Below, piece by piece: positions 54,244 through 64,000 of a stretch of 64,000 bases of DNA (the stretch's first letter is position 1; each line of letters begins with the position of its first letter). This DNA is from Patescibacteria group bacterium (lineage in GTDB: Bacteria; Patescibacteriota; Minisyncoccia; Phycocordibacterales; JAACPR01). A program made the translations under genes and the position numbers. The notes under the pieces were generated by a model. The model saw only the letters and a list, made by a program, of their open reading frames with translations. It did not search any database and was not told where the DNA came from. The stretch spans positions 23,058 through 87,057 of the forward strand of contig JAKLEX010000001.1 of assembly GCA_022711495.1 (NCBI GenBank), in the 5' to 3' direction.

Positions 54244-55671
54244 ATGTCATTATTTTTTTCTCATACCAAGAGACTGGCGATTTGCCTGAAAATAATTCTG
54301 GGATTTGCGCTTGTTTCGCTGATTTTTTTCACTGGTGGTTTTAGCACTGTTTTTGCCGGTGTATCTGTGCCCGCCATTCCGATAAGCGCGGCAGTTATAA
54401 CTCCTTATGGGGGACAGGTCATGTTTACTGTGCCGTGTCCATGTTCCGGCGGAAACCTTTACGTGATACACGACTATCGGTCAAAGTTGGTTTTACCGAT
54501 ATATCAGAGCTTCGCCACGACCATCTATCATACTCGTCAGAATATTGGTTCATTATTTACTCCTGGGCACTTTCAGCTGGGTAATTTATTAGGTACAAAT
54601 GCTTGTGTGTTAGGGGTACCGCCCCTCTGTCTTCTCCCAATCCCGGCGCTGAACATCAAAAACTTTGGTAATGGCGGACTTCCGCTTGGCGGATTTGCGG
54701 TCGGACCGCTGGCTTATGGGGCGTTGGCCACGACACTTGCCATCGCGGGCGCGTCTATTATTTATCCGAGCGATGTTCCGGCGATAGACCCAGATAATCC
54801 GGATACTTGTTACGCCGCTTCTTTTGAGTCGGCGTCTTTTTCTGGCAGCGGCGACAACGTTACTCTTCATGTCTCAACTCCGGGCAGAGAAAATTGGCCG
54901 ATGGTTCCAAATCCTGATGCCGAAGAGCCAGTTACGGGCTGCACGATCACCGGAATGAACATTCCTTTTGATCAAGATTTTACTTTTGTCGTCTCCGGCC
55001 AGTTGAGCACGGACATGAGCGCTGATAGCGGTGTGGCAACTCGTCTTTGGTTTGCCAATGATCGGGACAAATATACGATGTTTGAACTTTTTTATCACGG
55101 TTCTCTCAACATGAGGTTGGCCAACAGAATGATCCATTTTTCTCGGGCCATTCTAGGCAGTATCGCTCGACCGAATAGTGACACTGACCACTGGGCCAAG
55201 GCTGCCGGTGCGGCTTTCAGTGCTGGAATACACAAATTCCGAATCGAATATTCTTATGCCAACAAAAACGTAAAGCTTTATGAGGACGATAAGAAAATCG
55301 GCGATTGGGATTTTGAGATGAATACTCTTCCTCCGCCGATAACCAGTCTGACTTTCATTCTTTTGTCGCCGCAGTTCCTTGGTTACAAAGTCGGCACGGC
55401 CAATGCCACAGAAGCCGAATTGGAAGGGCCTCTAGGCGCAGCCGCTTCAGCCTGTATTTTGACCAATCTTTCTGAAGGAGATGATCAATATGTTAACGCC
55501 GAGATTTTAATAGACGGTCAGCACGCTGGCTGGATGGTTGAGGGCGCGAATGAGGCTGTTTTGAAATTTGAAGAAGGGGCCGATCGACCTAATTCAGGCG
55601 ATGAAGTTGATATTGAATTACGTTCTGTTGACGCGGCTTGTTCAATCAGCGAATCTGCCGAGTGGCCGTGA
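54244..55671 (+). CDS. Secreted hypothetical protein, divergently transcribed from the T4SS-like module
   Basis: The likely start is MSLFFSHTKRLAICLKIILGFALVSLIFF (signal peptide). The upstream part of the track ORF overlaps the neighbouring gene. There are Cys pairs (CPCSGG) and a large beta-rich domain. Confidence 0.45.
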   Translation: MSLFFSHTKRLAICLKIILGFALVSLIFFTGGFSTVFAGVSVPAIPISAAVITPYGGQVMFTVPCPCSGGNLYVIHDYRSKLVLPIYQSFATTIYHTRQNIGSLFTPGHFQLGNLLGTNACVLGVPPLCLLPIPALNIKNFGNGGLPLGGFAVGPLAYGALATTLAIAGASIIYPSDVPAIDPDNPDTCYAASFESASFSGSGDNVTLHVSTPGRENWPMVPNPDAEEPVTGCTITGMNIPFDQDFTFVVSGQLSTDMSADSGVATRLWFANDRDKYTMFELFYHGSLNMRLANRMIHFSRAILGSIARPNSDTDHWAKAAGAAFSAGIHKFRIEYSYANKNVKLYEDDKKIGDWDFEMNTLPPPITSLTFILLSPQFLGYKVGTANATEAELEGPLGAAASACILTNLSEGDDQYVNAEILIDGQHAGWMVEGANEAVLKFEEGADRPNSGDEVDIELRSVDAACSISESAEWP

Positions 55672-56473
55672 TTTTTTGTAATTTAGCGTAAATTTTCTGC
55701 CAATTCCCCAAAGAAAGTTCTTCGGCGCGAGTATTTTTATCAAATCCGACGAGGTTGGAATTTTCTCCGCCTTTTATACTTTTGGTTCGAAAAATTTCTT
55801 TTAAATTTGAAGTTAACTTCTTTCTTTTGTGTGCGAATCCGGTTTTTACCAATTCAAAAAACTTTTTCTCGTCAATATTATTTTTCTCAAAGAAATCTTT
55901 TGAGATGTTTTCAAATAAAATTATGGCCGAGTCAACCTTTGGTGGTGGGCTGAAAGACCCGGCCTTTACCGTGCCGATGAATTTCGGTTGGCAATAAGCT
56001 CGAACCGAAATTGATAAAATACTTTCTTTGCCGTCTTGCGTCATAATCCGATTGGCGACTTCTTTTTGTACCAGCAGAACCATTTTTTCCGGCGCCTTCT
56101 CCGCGGTCAAAAATTTTCTTATGATTTCTCCGGTAATGTAGTAAGGAATATTGGCGATTAATTTGTATTTTCGGTTTCGCAGTAGACTATTTTTGGTCGG
56201 ATCAAAATCAAGGATGTCTTTTTCTAACAGAACCAGCTCTTCTTTTTCTAATTCAGTGCGGAATTTTTCCGAAAGGACTTTCAACATTTCCGAATCTTTT
56301 TCCACGGCCAGAATTTTGGCGCCGGTCGCCAATAAGGGCGCTGTCAAAGCGCCTTGTCCCGGCCCGATTTCTAAAATAACATCGTTAGCCGTTACTTCTC
56401 CGGCCCTGACTATGTCTTGTAGGGCCGATTTTGATTTTAAGAAATGTTGCCCGAGTGATTTTTTGGCGCGCAT
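55646..56473 (-). CDS. rsmA: 16S rRNA (adenine1518/1519-N6)-dimethyltransferase
   Basis: MRAKKSLGQHFLKS...ILEIGPGQGALT is the KsgA/Dim1 signature. Confidence 0.9.
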   Translation of the reverse strand: MRAKKSLGQHFLKSKSALQDIVRAGEVTANDVILEIGPGQGALTAPLLATGAKILAVEKDSEMLKVLSEKFRTELEKEELVLLEKDILDFDPTKNSLLRNRKYKLIANIPYYITGEIIRKFLTAEKAPEKMVLLVQKEVANRIMTQDGKESILSISVRAYCQPKFIGTVKAGSFSPPPKVDSAIILFENISKDFFEKNNIDEKKFFELVKTGFAHKRKKLTSNLKEIFRTKSIKGGENSNLVGFDKNTRAEELSLGNWQKIYAKLQKITATRQIR

Positions 56474-56514
56474 ATTGAATTTTGGTACTTAGTACGACTA
56501 TTTTTCCCAGATAT

Positions 56515-58512
56515 CTAGTAATCTATCAAGTACTCAATGGAATTACCATCACCATAAGAATTTCCGCCGAAGTCTCCCCCATTATAAATTTCTCCGTTGA
56601 AATTTTCTCTCTCAATTATTTCTTCGCTGATATCGCCCAGAAATTCCGATTGCAAGTTGTTTTGTTTGTTGCCGTAAATCGTTCGGAAATTTGTCCAAGT
56701 CAAGAAAAGTTTTTTTCGGGCTCTGGTCAGAGCGACATAAAAGAGCCGACGCTCTTCCTCGGCGTCTTCCATATTTTCATTTTGGTTGTCTCGCTCCATT
56801 GGGAACAAGCCGCTTTCTAGCCCGACGACAAAGACATAATCAAATTCCAGACCCTTGGCGGCGTGAACCGTCATAAGTTTTACCCCATAATGTTTTCTTT
56901 CCAAATCATCTTGATCCGTCGCCAAAGAGGCGTCATCAAGAAAATTATTCATCGCCTCTTTCGGATTGAGACCGTCGTATTTCTTTGCCAAAGAGACCAG
57001 CTCTTTTATATTTTGAATTTTTTCCAAGCCGTCTTCGCCTTGTTCTTTCAGGAAATTTTCCAGGCCCGATTCCTTAAAAATCATTGAGACAATATCTGCC
57101 GGCGTTTTAACAGCGGACTCTTTTTCAATCTTCTCCAAAAAATTCTGAAATTTTTCTACGCGCTCTTTCATCGCCGGAGTCAGGTCTTTTTTCTGGCCGG
57201 CGTGTATTTTTAAAGCGGTTGATTTACCAATTCCGCGCGGCGGTGTATTTATGATTCTGTTCAAACTGGCAAAATCGTTTTTATTCAGCGCCGCTTTAAT
57301 GTATGAGAGAACGTCTTTGATTTCTTTTCTGTCAAAGAATCTGGTGCCGACAATTTGGTGTGGTAATTTATATCTAAGACAGATTTCCTCCAGAACCCGT
57401 GACTGAAAATTAGCTCTATAAAGAATGGCGATTTCGTTTGGCGAAACTCCGTCGGCCATAAGTTCCCGGGCTTTTTTGACTGCATAAATGGCCTCGTCAT
57501 ATTCATCCAAGGCCGAGTAAATTCGAATCTTTTCGCCCTCGCCGTTTTGAGTGAAAAGATTTTTTTCCTTGCGGATGGAGTTTTTAGAGATAATTTCGTT
57601 GGCCGCTTTTAAAATATTTTGAGTTGAACGGTAGTTTTCTTCTAGAACGATTTCTCGAGTTCCTTCATAATCTTGCTCAAAACTCATGATGTTTTTTATG
57701 GTTGCGCCCCGCCAAGTATAAATATTTTGATCAATATCGCCGACAGCGCAAATGTTTTTGTGTTCAGCTGCCAACATTTTGGCCAACTGATATTGTACTT
57801 CGTTGGTGTCTTGGTATTCATCAATGTGGATGTAGCGCCACCGATTTTGGCAGGATTTTCTTATTTCGGGATTTTCTTTTAGCAAAGAAACGGTTCTGGT
57901 CAACAGATCGTCAAAATCAAGCGCGCCGTTTTTTTGTAAGTGATCATCGTATTTTCTCCAAACGGTTGAAACCAAATCATTCCAGAAATCTCCCCGTCCA
58001 CCAGAGTCCTCATATTCTTCGGGGGTGAGAAAATCGCCTTTTTGGCGAGAAATTGTCGCCAAGATTTTGGCCGGATCGTACTGCCGCGGGTCATAACCTT
58101 CGGATTTCAAAATATCACGGATTATTTTCTTTGAATCCGCTCTGTCCAATATTGAAAATCTCTTTGGCAATGCGGCTTTCTGGAAATTTTCTCTTAGGAT
58201 CATGACTCCAAGCGAGTGAAAAGTCCTAACCGTCGGTCGTTCCGTGAATTCCACCGGCCTTTTCAAGGTCTTTTCTTCTCCAAGTAATTTTTCCACTCTC
58301 TCTCGCATCTCATTGGCCGCCTTGTTGGTGAAGGTCACGGCCAAAATGTTCTCCGGATTAACTCCGTTAGAGATTAGATGAGCTATTCGGTAGACAATCG
58401 TTTTGGTTTTTCCTGCTCCGGCGCCGGCGATAATCAGGAGCGGCCCTTCGGTGTGTTGGGCGGCCTCTCTTTGTCTCGGGTTTAGTTCATTTAGATAGGA
58501 CATCCCGGTCAT
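56515..58512 (-). CDS. pcrA: ATP-dependent DNA helicase PcrA/UvrD (SF1)
   Basis: The Walker A is AGAGAGKT. SF1 motifs include TFHSLG and a VGDIDQNIY-type DEXX region. 665 aa. Confidence 0.9.
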   Translation of the reverse strand: MTGMSYLNELNPRQREAAQHTEGPLLIIAGAGAGKTKTIVYRIAHLISNGVNPENILAVTFTNKAANEMRERVEKLLGEEKTLKRPVEFTERPTVRTFHSLGVMILRENFQKAALPKRFSILDRADSKKIIRDILKSEGYDPRQYDPAKILATISRQKGDFLTPEEYEDSGGRGDFWNDLVSTVWRKYDDHLQKNGALDFDDLLTRTVSLLKENPEIRKSCQNRWRYIHIDEYQDTNEVQYQLAKMLAAEHKNICAVGDIDQNIYTWRGATIKNIMSFEQDYEGTREIVLEENYRSTQNILKAANEIISKNSIRKEKNLFTQNGEGEKIRIYSALDEYDEAIYAVKKARELMADGVSPNEIAILYRANFQSRVLEEICLRYKLPHQIVGTRFFDRKEIKDVLSYIKAALNKNDFASLNRIINTPPRGIGKSTALKIHAGQKKDLTPAMKERVEKFQNFLEKIEKESAVKTPADIVSMIFKESGLENFLKEQGEDGLEKIQNIKELVSLAKKYDGLNPKEAMNNFLDDASLATDQDDLERKHYGVKLMTVHAAKGLEFDYVFVVGLESGLFPMERDNQNENMEDAEEERRLFYVALTRARKKLFLTWTNFRTIYGNKQNNLQSEFLGDISEEIIERENFNGEIYNGGDFGGNSYGDGNSIEYLIDY

Positions 58513-58638
58513 TTTATCAGAAAAAATAGGTCAAGTACCCCCTGTTGATAGCTGTTTGACACCCTCTCCACCGACTCTATAATTAACCATACCACTGAAA
58601 AGGGAAACCGAGGGCGATCCGTAGATCAATCTGACAGG

Positions 58639-59847
58639 ATGACAGAGATACCGCTTAAAATAAGGCTTATTTTACGAAAAACCTCTATATTTGATTACCT
58701 TATCCGCCTTTTCCCCTGCGGCAAGGGCCAGGTGAATAACGCGGGATTAAAGGTCTCCAGGAAGTTTTACCTGTGGACGCTTTCCAGATTTATTTTCACT
58801 TCTCTGTTTTTACCGTTTTTCTCTCATGCCGCTTCTTTTTCTGATATCTCGCTTTCGTCCATTATCGGCATCAATTTTGCTTTAGGCGCGGAGACGATTA
58901 GAGAAATTAGCGACGTTGACTTTGAATACAACTCTCAAAACATAGACATTCTTATACCAGAAGCCGACAACAACCAAACTGTCGGCTCAATCGGTGGTGG
59001 GAAAGTTACGGTTGTGGACGAGGTGGCTCTTGTGCCGGAAATTGGGTCCGTCGGAACAACATTAGACATTGATCAGACTCAAAACGGTGGAAAAATTTCT
59101 GTCTATGAGGTTCGCGAAGGGGATACTTTGTCTCAAATCGCCGAGATGTTTGATATTTCGGCCAATACCATCCGTTGGGCCAATGACATTGATGGCTCAA
59201 TCCGACCTGGCCAAGTTTTAATTATCTTGCCGGTTACGGGCGTAACTCATAAAGTCAAAAACGGGGGCACCATTGCTGATGTCGCCAAGATCTATGGTGC
59301 CGATGTCCGAGAAATTGCTTTATTCAACGGAATTGATGAAGAAGCACAGCTTAAACCAGGAGATGAAGTCATTGTTCCGAATGTTGATCCGGTTGTTAAG
59401 AGTAGCGGCAAGAAGACTACGAAATTAACCCAACCTTACGTTGCTTCTTATTCTGGTCCAGCCGCAACGGCCGGTTATTATCAAAACCCTGTGCCCGGAG
59501 CAACCATGACGCAAAATCTACACGGATACAACGCGGTTGATCTGGGCGCTCCGGTGGGCACGCCAGTTTATGCCTCCGCTGACGGGCGAATCATTGATAG
59601 CCGATACGGTGGCTGGAACGGAGGATACGCCATTATGATTATTATCTCTCACGACAACGGAACACAGACGCTATATGCGCACTTGAGCCAGAACCTGGTA
59701 AAAGTTGGACAGAAAGTTGAACAGGGCGAAGTCATTGGATACGTTGGCTCAACCGGAAACTCCACCGGCCCTCATTTGCACTTTGAAGTCCGTGGCGCGA
59801 AAAATCCTCTTGCCGCTTGTCGCGTCGGTTCAACCTGCTCCATCTAA
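58639..59847 (+). CDS. LysM-domain M23-family peptidoglycan endopeptidase
   Basis: Two LysM repeats are present (YEVREGDTLSQIAEMFDIS; HKVKNGGTIADVAKIYGAD). The C-terminal M23 motifs are HxxxD-like (YAHLS) and GSTGNSTGPHLHFEV. Confidence 0.85.
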   Translation: MTEIPLKIRLILRKTSIFDYLIRLFPCGKGQVNNAGLKVSRKFYLWTLSRFIFTSLFLPFFSHAASFSDISLSSIIGINFALGAETIREISDVDFEYNSQNIDILIPEADNNQTVGSIGGGKVTVVDEVALVPEIGSVGTTLDIDQTQNGGKISVYEVREGDTLSQIAEMFDISANTIRWANDIDGSIRPGQVLIILPVTGVTHKVKNGGTIADVAKIYGADVREIALFNGIDEEAQLKPGDEVIVPNVDPVVKSSGKKTTKLTQPYVASYSGPAATAGYYQNPVPGATMTQNLHGYNAVDLGAPVGTPVYASADGRIIDSRYGGWNGGYAIMIIISHDNGTQTLYAHLSQNLVKVGQKVEQGEVIGYVGSTGNSTGPHLHFEVRGAKNPLAACRVGSTCSI

Positions 59848-61385
59848 CCGTACAAATCTTTTGGTCTATATCTTAACGCCTCTAAAATATGAGGCTCTTT
59901 TATTTTCTCTGATGACTCAATGTCGGCGATGGTGCGAGCCAGTTTGATTATTTTGTAGTAACTTCTGGCCGACAGGTCTAATCTCTCGGCCGATCTATTT
60001 AAAAGATTTTGAGTTTTCTCATCCAAGACGCAGAATTTCTTTATCTCTCTCGGGGCAAGTTCACTGTTTAATTTTCCGGCTCGCTTTACTTGGATTTCTC
60101 GAGCGGTTTTAATGGAGAGTCGGGCCTCATTAGATTTTCGTCCAGAAATTGGGAGTTTTTCTCCCGGACAAAGTTTTTTATAATCCACTTTCGCCACTTC
60201 TACCCAAAGATCTATTCGATCAACGATCGGCCCAGAGATTTTTCTGCGATAATTTTGTATTGAATTTTGACTGCACAGACATGGCTTGATGCCGGTTTTG
60301 AAATATCCGCAAGGACAAGGATTCATAGACACGATTAAAATAAATTTGGCCGGAAATTTAATTGTTCCGACTGCTCTAGAGACGGTGATATTTTTCTCCT
60401 CAAGCGGTTGGCGGAGCGAGTCTATAACGCGACGGTCAAATTCTGGAAATTCGTCCAAAAAGAGCACGCCATTGTGAGCCAGGGTGATCTCTCCGGATTT
60501 AAGATTATTCCCGCCGCCGATAATTGAAGCGTACGAAGAGGTGTGATGCGGCGCGCGAAATGGCGGCTCCCCCACCATCGGCTCGTTCAGTTGCCCATTG
60601 ACTGAGTAGATTGATGAACACTCTATTGATTCGGAGTCGTTCAGCGGTGGCAGAATTTCCGGTAAAGATTTCGCCAGCATTGTCTTGCCGGTCCCGGGCG
60701 GGCCATACAAAGCGATATTGTGTCCGCCCGAGGCCGCAATGACCAATCCCCTTTTAGCGATTTCCGCGCCGACAATTTCATCAAATATCTTTTCTGTTTT
60801 TTTATCTGACGGTGCGGCGATTTTATTATTTTGTTCGTTTTTATCGTTTGTCGCTACGATTTCTTTTTTGCCGGAAATATGGTCTATAATCTCATTCAAA
60901 TTTTTAGCGCCGAATACCTTGATCCCACCGGCGATAAAAGTTTCTGACAGATTTTCGGCCGGCACGAAAACTTCTTTGAATCCGCGCTGTTTTGCGAACA
61001 AAACTACTGGCAGAACGCCGCATACTGGTCTCAACTTTCCATCCAGCGATAATTCTCCGATAAAAAGTCGGTGCTCCGTTGCGGCGTTTATATCTCTTGA
61101 GGCTAGCAAGTAAGCGATGGCGATGGGCACGTCAAAACAAGTTCCTGATTTTTTCAGATCGGCTGGCGCTAGAGAAATCACCAGTTTTTGATTTTTCTGT
61201 TTGGGCGCGATAAAACCGGAGTTTTTTATAGCCGCGGAGACGCGGTCTTTTGCTTCTTCCACGGCCTTGTCTGGCAGGCCGACAATAATAATTGAGTACA
61301 GGCCCCTTGTTATGTCTACCTCAACGTCCACGCCATCCGCGCCCAGCAGTTTGGCTTGAGCGCTATGAACTTTAGAAAAATACAC
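59844..61385 (-). CDS. comM: YifB/ComM-family Mg-chelatase-like AAA+ ATPase
   Basis: It has an N-terminal Lon-like domain. The Walker A is GPPGTGKTMLA. A C-terminal MCM/ChlI-like domain follows. This is the competence-associated ComM family. Confidence 0.85.
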   Translation of the reverse strand: MYFSKVHSAQAKLLGADGVDVEVDITRGLYSIIIVGLPDKAVEEAKDRVSAAIKNSGFIAPKQKNQKLVISLAPADLKKSGTCFDVPIAIAYLLASRDINAATEHRLFIGELSLDGKLRPVCGVLPVVLFAKQRGFKEVFVPAENLSETFIAGGIKVFGAKNLNEIIDHISGKKEIVATNDKNEQNNKIAAPSDKKTEKIFDEIVGAEIAKRGLVIAASGGHNIALYGPPGTGKTMLAKSLPEILPPLNDSESIECSSIYSVNGQLNEPMVGEPPFRAPHHTSSYASIIGGGNNLKSGEITLAHNGVLFLDEFPEFDRRVIDSLRQPLEEKNITVSRAVGTIKFPAKFILIVSMNPCPCGYFKTGIKPCLCSQNSIQNYRRKISGPIVDRIDLWVEVAKVDYKKLCPGEKLPISGRKSNEARLSIKTAREIQVKRAGKLNSELAPREIKKFCVLDEKTQNLLNRSAERLDLSARSYYKIIKLARTIADIESSEKIKEPHILEALRYRPKDLYG

Positions 61386-61435
61386 AGGGTGTATCTTGGA
61401 GCGCGTGTTTAAAATTTATATAAATTTTAAATGAA

Positions 61436-61819
61436 TTATTCGCAGATTTTAGCGCAGGATCTTGCCGCTGGATAAGCCTCCAGTCTTTTTAGCGGAATTT
61501 GTTTTCCGGTTTTTTCACATATTCCATAGGTGCCATCATCTATTCTTTTCAGGGCGGCTTTTATTTCTACTAGTTCAGTTTCCAACTCCTTCAAAATGGC
61601 GGAATTTTGTTCAAACTGCTCTATTTCATCGGCGAAGTCATTTGGATCAGAGACATTTGATTCTAATTCCCCAGGAACTGGTTCCCAGTCGTTCGGGTTG
61701 TCAGGATTTACTCGGCCGACCGATTTCAATTCGGCGACAATTCGCGCCTCTTCTTTTAGGAGTTTGTCTTTGAAATACTTAAGATCGATTTTTTCTTTTT
61801 CCATAATTTTATTTAACAC
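61436..61819 (-). CDS. DksA/TraR-family C4-type zinc-finger protein
   Basis: It has an N-terminal coiled-coil. A C-terminal CxxC...CxxC is present (YGICEKTGKQIPLKRLEAYPAARSCAKIC). Confidence 0.7.
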   Translation of the reverse strand: MLNKIMEKEKIDLKYFKDKLLKEEARIVAELKSVGRVNPDNPNDWEPVPGELESNVSDPNDFADEIEQFEQNSAILKELETELVEIKAALKRIDDGTYGICEKTGKQIPLKRLEAYPAARSCAKICE

Positions 61820-61835
61820 TTTAACTTATAAAACT

Positions 61836-62852
61836 CTATCTGACAATGTTTTGGAGATTTAGCTTGGTCGCAATTTCTTGGACAAGCTCGGGTTTAATAG
61901 CTAGCAATAAGTGGTTGTTGTTTACAAAAGTGTAGAAAAATAAAATCTGATTGTCGGTGCTGACTATTGCTCTAGCATCCCGATTGTATATAACTATATC
62001 ATTAAATTTGTTAGGGTCAAAAGCGGCGCCGCTGGTGTTGCCTGCTGACAGAGTCAAAAAGTCGTCCGTCCCGAGCGTCTTAAAAAAGATGTCGTTTATT
62101 TCTCTATACAATGATCTCTCCCAAGCTAACATGCCGGAAAAAACTCTCTCGTATTCAAGCGTCTTTATCAAAATAAACGGCACGGTTTCGCCGCCCAGTT
62201 TTATCAAGCCGAGCAGATAATTCTCGTCCAGTGCTCTGATGAAAGTGTCGTCCGGATAAAGTTCCAGAATGTCTAACAATTCGGCGAAGCTAACTTTTTG
62301 TTTGATCTCAATTGTCTCGTCTCCGATTGTCTGTGATATTTTTTTGGTAACAAGAATTTCCGCGATTTCCCTTTCGTTTAGATCGGAAGGCGGGACGTCA
62401 ATATTTCTAATGATTTGCGTTTTAATTTCGGAGTTTAATTTGTAATCGGTCGGTATTTCTATTATCTGCTTTTTGTCTATCAGAATATTGCCAAAATTGT
62501 TCGGCTGGTTTTGCCCAGGTTCTTCCTTGGATTTAAATATAAAGTAAATACCCCACAGAATTAAGATGGCCAAAACAACAAGGCCCAGGCTGACTTTCAG
62601 CATCAGATGAGTTCTTTTTTTGATGTTTTCGGCTTCCGCGACCGAAGCGGTCTCTCTCTGTCTTTTTTGTTCGGCGGCGATTATTTTAGACGTGGAGATT
62701 TGTCCGCGTTTAACAAAATTAGCCACGTCTTCTTCGTAGGTGCGAAGCGGCCTGATGACAAACTTGTCTTTGGCAGGCGCCCTTTCCGGATTGTCCGCGC
62801 CTCCTTGAACGTTTGTGTCAATATTTATTGGGTTGTTAAACTCTTCAGCCAT
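61836..62852 (-). CDS. Hypothetical bitopic membrane protein
   Basis: 338 aa. After ~90 residues there is a single TM helix (LMLKVSLGLVVLAILILWGIYFIF). No family assignment. Confidence 0.4.
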   Translation of the reverse strand: MAEEFNNPINIDTNVQGGADNPERAPAKDKFVIRPLRTYEEDVANFVKRGQISTSKIIAAEQKRQRETASVAEAENIKKRTHLMLKVSLGLVVLAILILWGIYFIFKSKEEPGQNQPNNFGNILIDKKQIIEIPTDYKLNSEIKTQIIRNIDVPPSDLNEREIAEILVTKKISQTIGDETIEIKQKVSFAELLDILELYPDDTFIRALDENYLLGLIKLGGETVPFILIKTLEYERVFSGMLAWERSLYREINDIFFKTLGTDDFLTLSAGNTSGAAFDPNKFNDIVIYNRDARAIVSTDNQILFFYTFVNNNHLLLAIKPELVQEIATKLNLQNIVR

Positions 62853-62885
62853 GAATAGATTCTAATGTTTTTTATCTTTGTCTTT

Positions 62886-63419
62886 TTATTTCCTCCAAAT
62901 CTTCTGACGTTGCGGACCGATTAGAAATCTTCCCGGTTCGCGATCCATATCAATAAAGTCATCGGCGATCTCTATCAATCTTGAAGAAGTCGAGCGCCCG
63001 AAAGAAATCGCTTCAACTTGGCAGCCTCCGCTGGTTTTTAGATATTCCACCAACGGAACAAAGTCGCCGTCGCCGGAGGCGATGACGATGGCATCAACCT
63101 TGGCCATAATTTTAACGGCGTCAATGGCCAGACCGACATCCCAATCGGCCTTTTTAGCTCCGCCAGGGAAAATCTGTAAATCTTTTGTTTTGGTCTCTAT
63201 TCCCAGTTTGCCCAACGCGTCAAAAAAACCCTGCTCTTCACCGGTCTCGGAAGTAATAACGTAAGCGATGGCTCGAGCCAACTTTCTGCCGGCTAAAGCT
63301 TCTTTTAAAACTGCACCAAAATTTACTTTCTTCTTATATAAATTCTTCGCGCTGTGATATAGATTTTGTGTATCAATGAAAACAGCGACTCTCTGCTCTT
63401 TATGTTTGATTACTGACAT
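62886..63419 (-). CDS. NYN-domain (LabA/DUF88-like, PIN-related) protein
   Basis: RVAVFIDTQNLYHSAK ... AIVIASGDGDFVPLVEYLKTSG matches the LabA-like NYN nuclease fold pattern. Confidence 0.7.
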   Translation of the reverse strand: MSVIKHKEQRVAVFIDTQNLYHSAKNLYKKKVNFGAVLKEALAGRKLARAIAYVITSETGEEQGFFDALGKLGIETKTKDLQIFPGGAKKADWDVGLAIDAVKIMAKVDAIVIASGDGDFVPLVEYLKTSGGCQVEAISFGRSTSSRLIEIADDFIDMDREPGRFLIGPQRQKIWRK

Positions 63420-63514
63420 ATTAAATAAATATTAAAAACCATGCTCCTTATAAAATTGTATCAAAAAACCACAAAGCCCGCTTCTCGACTGATCTCAGTG
63501 ACTCCTTTTAAGTT

Positions 63515-63775
63515 TTAAAGCCCGATCTTTTTAGCTAAAGATTTGTATCGTCTCGGGCTCTTTTTTTGCAAATATTTAAGCGTTGATTGTCTATCGGCAA
63601 CCATGCCCAAAAGTCCGCGTCTTGAGTGATTGTCCCGAGGGTGCTTTTTCAGGTGCCTCGTCAACTCCTCTATCTCTTTGGTTAGTATAGAAACTTGAAC
63701 TTCAGGGGACCCCGTGTCTTTGGCATGGGTTTGAACGTCTTTTATAGCTTTTGTTTTCTTTGATTTTGTAAGCAC
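63515..63775 (-). CDS. rpsO: 30S ribosomal protein S15
   Basis: SILTKEIEELTRHLKKHPRDNHSRRGLLGMVADRQSTLKYL is the S15 signature. Confidence 0.9.
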   Translation of the reverse strand: MLTKSKKTKAIKDVQTHAKDTGSPEVQVSILTKEIEELTRHLKKHPRDNHSRRGLLGMVADRQSTLKYLQKKSPRRYKSLAKKIGL

Positions 63776-63851
63776 GACAGGAAAGATGGTAACACGGATT
63801 ATTTATTATTGCAAGACAGCGAGATATATTGTGCGACACTATAAATGCTAT

Positions 63852-64000
63852 AATAAAAATATGGCAATAAAGTCAGAAATTGATTCTCTTCGCCAAGGAT
63901 TTCTGGAATACATTGAGATTGAAAGGGGGCGGAGCGTTAAAACGGTGGAGAATTACGACCACTACTTGAACCGTTTTTTCCAACAGCAAAATATTAGGAA
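63852..64000 (+). CDS. Tyrosine recombinase XerC/XerD-like, N-terminal fragment; the gene continues beyond the window end
   Basis: MAIKSEIDSLRQGFLEYIEIERGRSVKTVENYDHYLNRFF matches the N-terminal SAM-like domain of Xer/phage-integrase proteins. Confidence 0.55.

Noticed and set aside
1-64000. Alternative genetic code, with UGA recoded as Gly as in some CPR lineages
   Set aside because: TGA is used as a genuine stop for several well-delimited genes, for example the HD-domain gene. Conserved proteins such as polA, dnaA and glyA read through at full length without needing in-frame TGA translation.

Overview
Most of this 64 kb window is dense, compact core-genome sequence from a small-genome, CPR/Patescibacteria-like bacterium. 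That placement is an inference from short overlapping genes, the gene repertoire, and Saccharibacteria-like type IV pilus (T4P) and type IV secretion (T4SS) content. The standard genetic code is used: TGA terminates long ORFs. No CRISPR array, rRNA or intact transposase was seen.

Content from left to right:
- 1-193: a partial argS 5' end.
- 1.5-6.1 kb: a thymidylate/folate cluster (tmk, glyA, dCMP deaminase, thyA, dcd, folA), with folD nearby at 8.2-9.0 kb.
- 6.1-7.3 kb: rplK-nusG-secE.
- Eight tRNA genes: His-GTG, Leu-GAG, Val-TAC, Arg-TCT, Ser-TGA, Arg-GCG and Lys-TTT, plus a truncated tandem copy of tRNA-Val.
- 14.1-16.5 kb: a T4P assembly block (pilM-pilN-pilO plus a small membrane gene). 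The pilB ATPase sits separately at 30.5-32.1 kb.
- A DsbA-like oxidoreductase and a separately encoded VKOR-like membrane protein.
- ruvA, then ruvB-yebC-ruvC.
- tsaE-polA-holA-like, murE-like, mutM, tyrS, and a class A PBP.
- 39.1-43.1 kb: the replication-origin neighbourhood, in the order dnaN, dnaA, rpmH-rnpA-yidC. DnaA boxes lie in the dnaA-dnaN spacer.
- 43.1-54.2 kb: an ~11 kb minus-strand T4SS-like module immediately next to oriC. It has a PrgI/VirB3-like gene, a VirB4 ATPase split into two ORFs, a VirB6/TrbL-like polytopic protein, a VirB2/TrbC-like two-helix membrane protein and several secreted or anchored unknowns. No relaxase or VirD4 is present in the window.
- 55.6-64.0 kb: ksgA, pcrA/uvrD, a LysM-M23 peptidase, comM/yifB, a DksA/TraR zinc-finger protein, a NYN/LabA protein, rpsO and a partial xerC/D-like recombinase.

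The most unusual observations:
- tRNA-His and tRNA-Ser are each followed by a perfect direct repeat of their own 3' end (33 bp and 21-28 bp). Each repeat bounds a 144-190 bp insert, and the two inserts share a conserved core (gaaagacgga ... gagtcggggtcgcg). This looks like a small tRNA-3'-end-associated element or integration-scar family.
- Two GC-rich islets hang off tRNAs. One is a 254-aa unknown gene between tRNA-Val and tRNA-Arg. The other is a small membrane ORF with its own terminator and a 3 x 14-bp tandem repeat, downstream of tRNA-Ser.
- A structured 323-bp non-coding region lies between pilB and ruvB, with 22-bp inverted repeats enclosing 112 bp.
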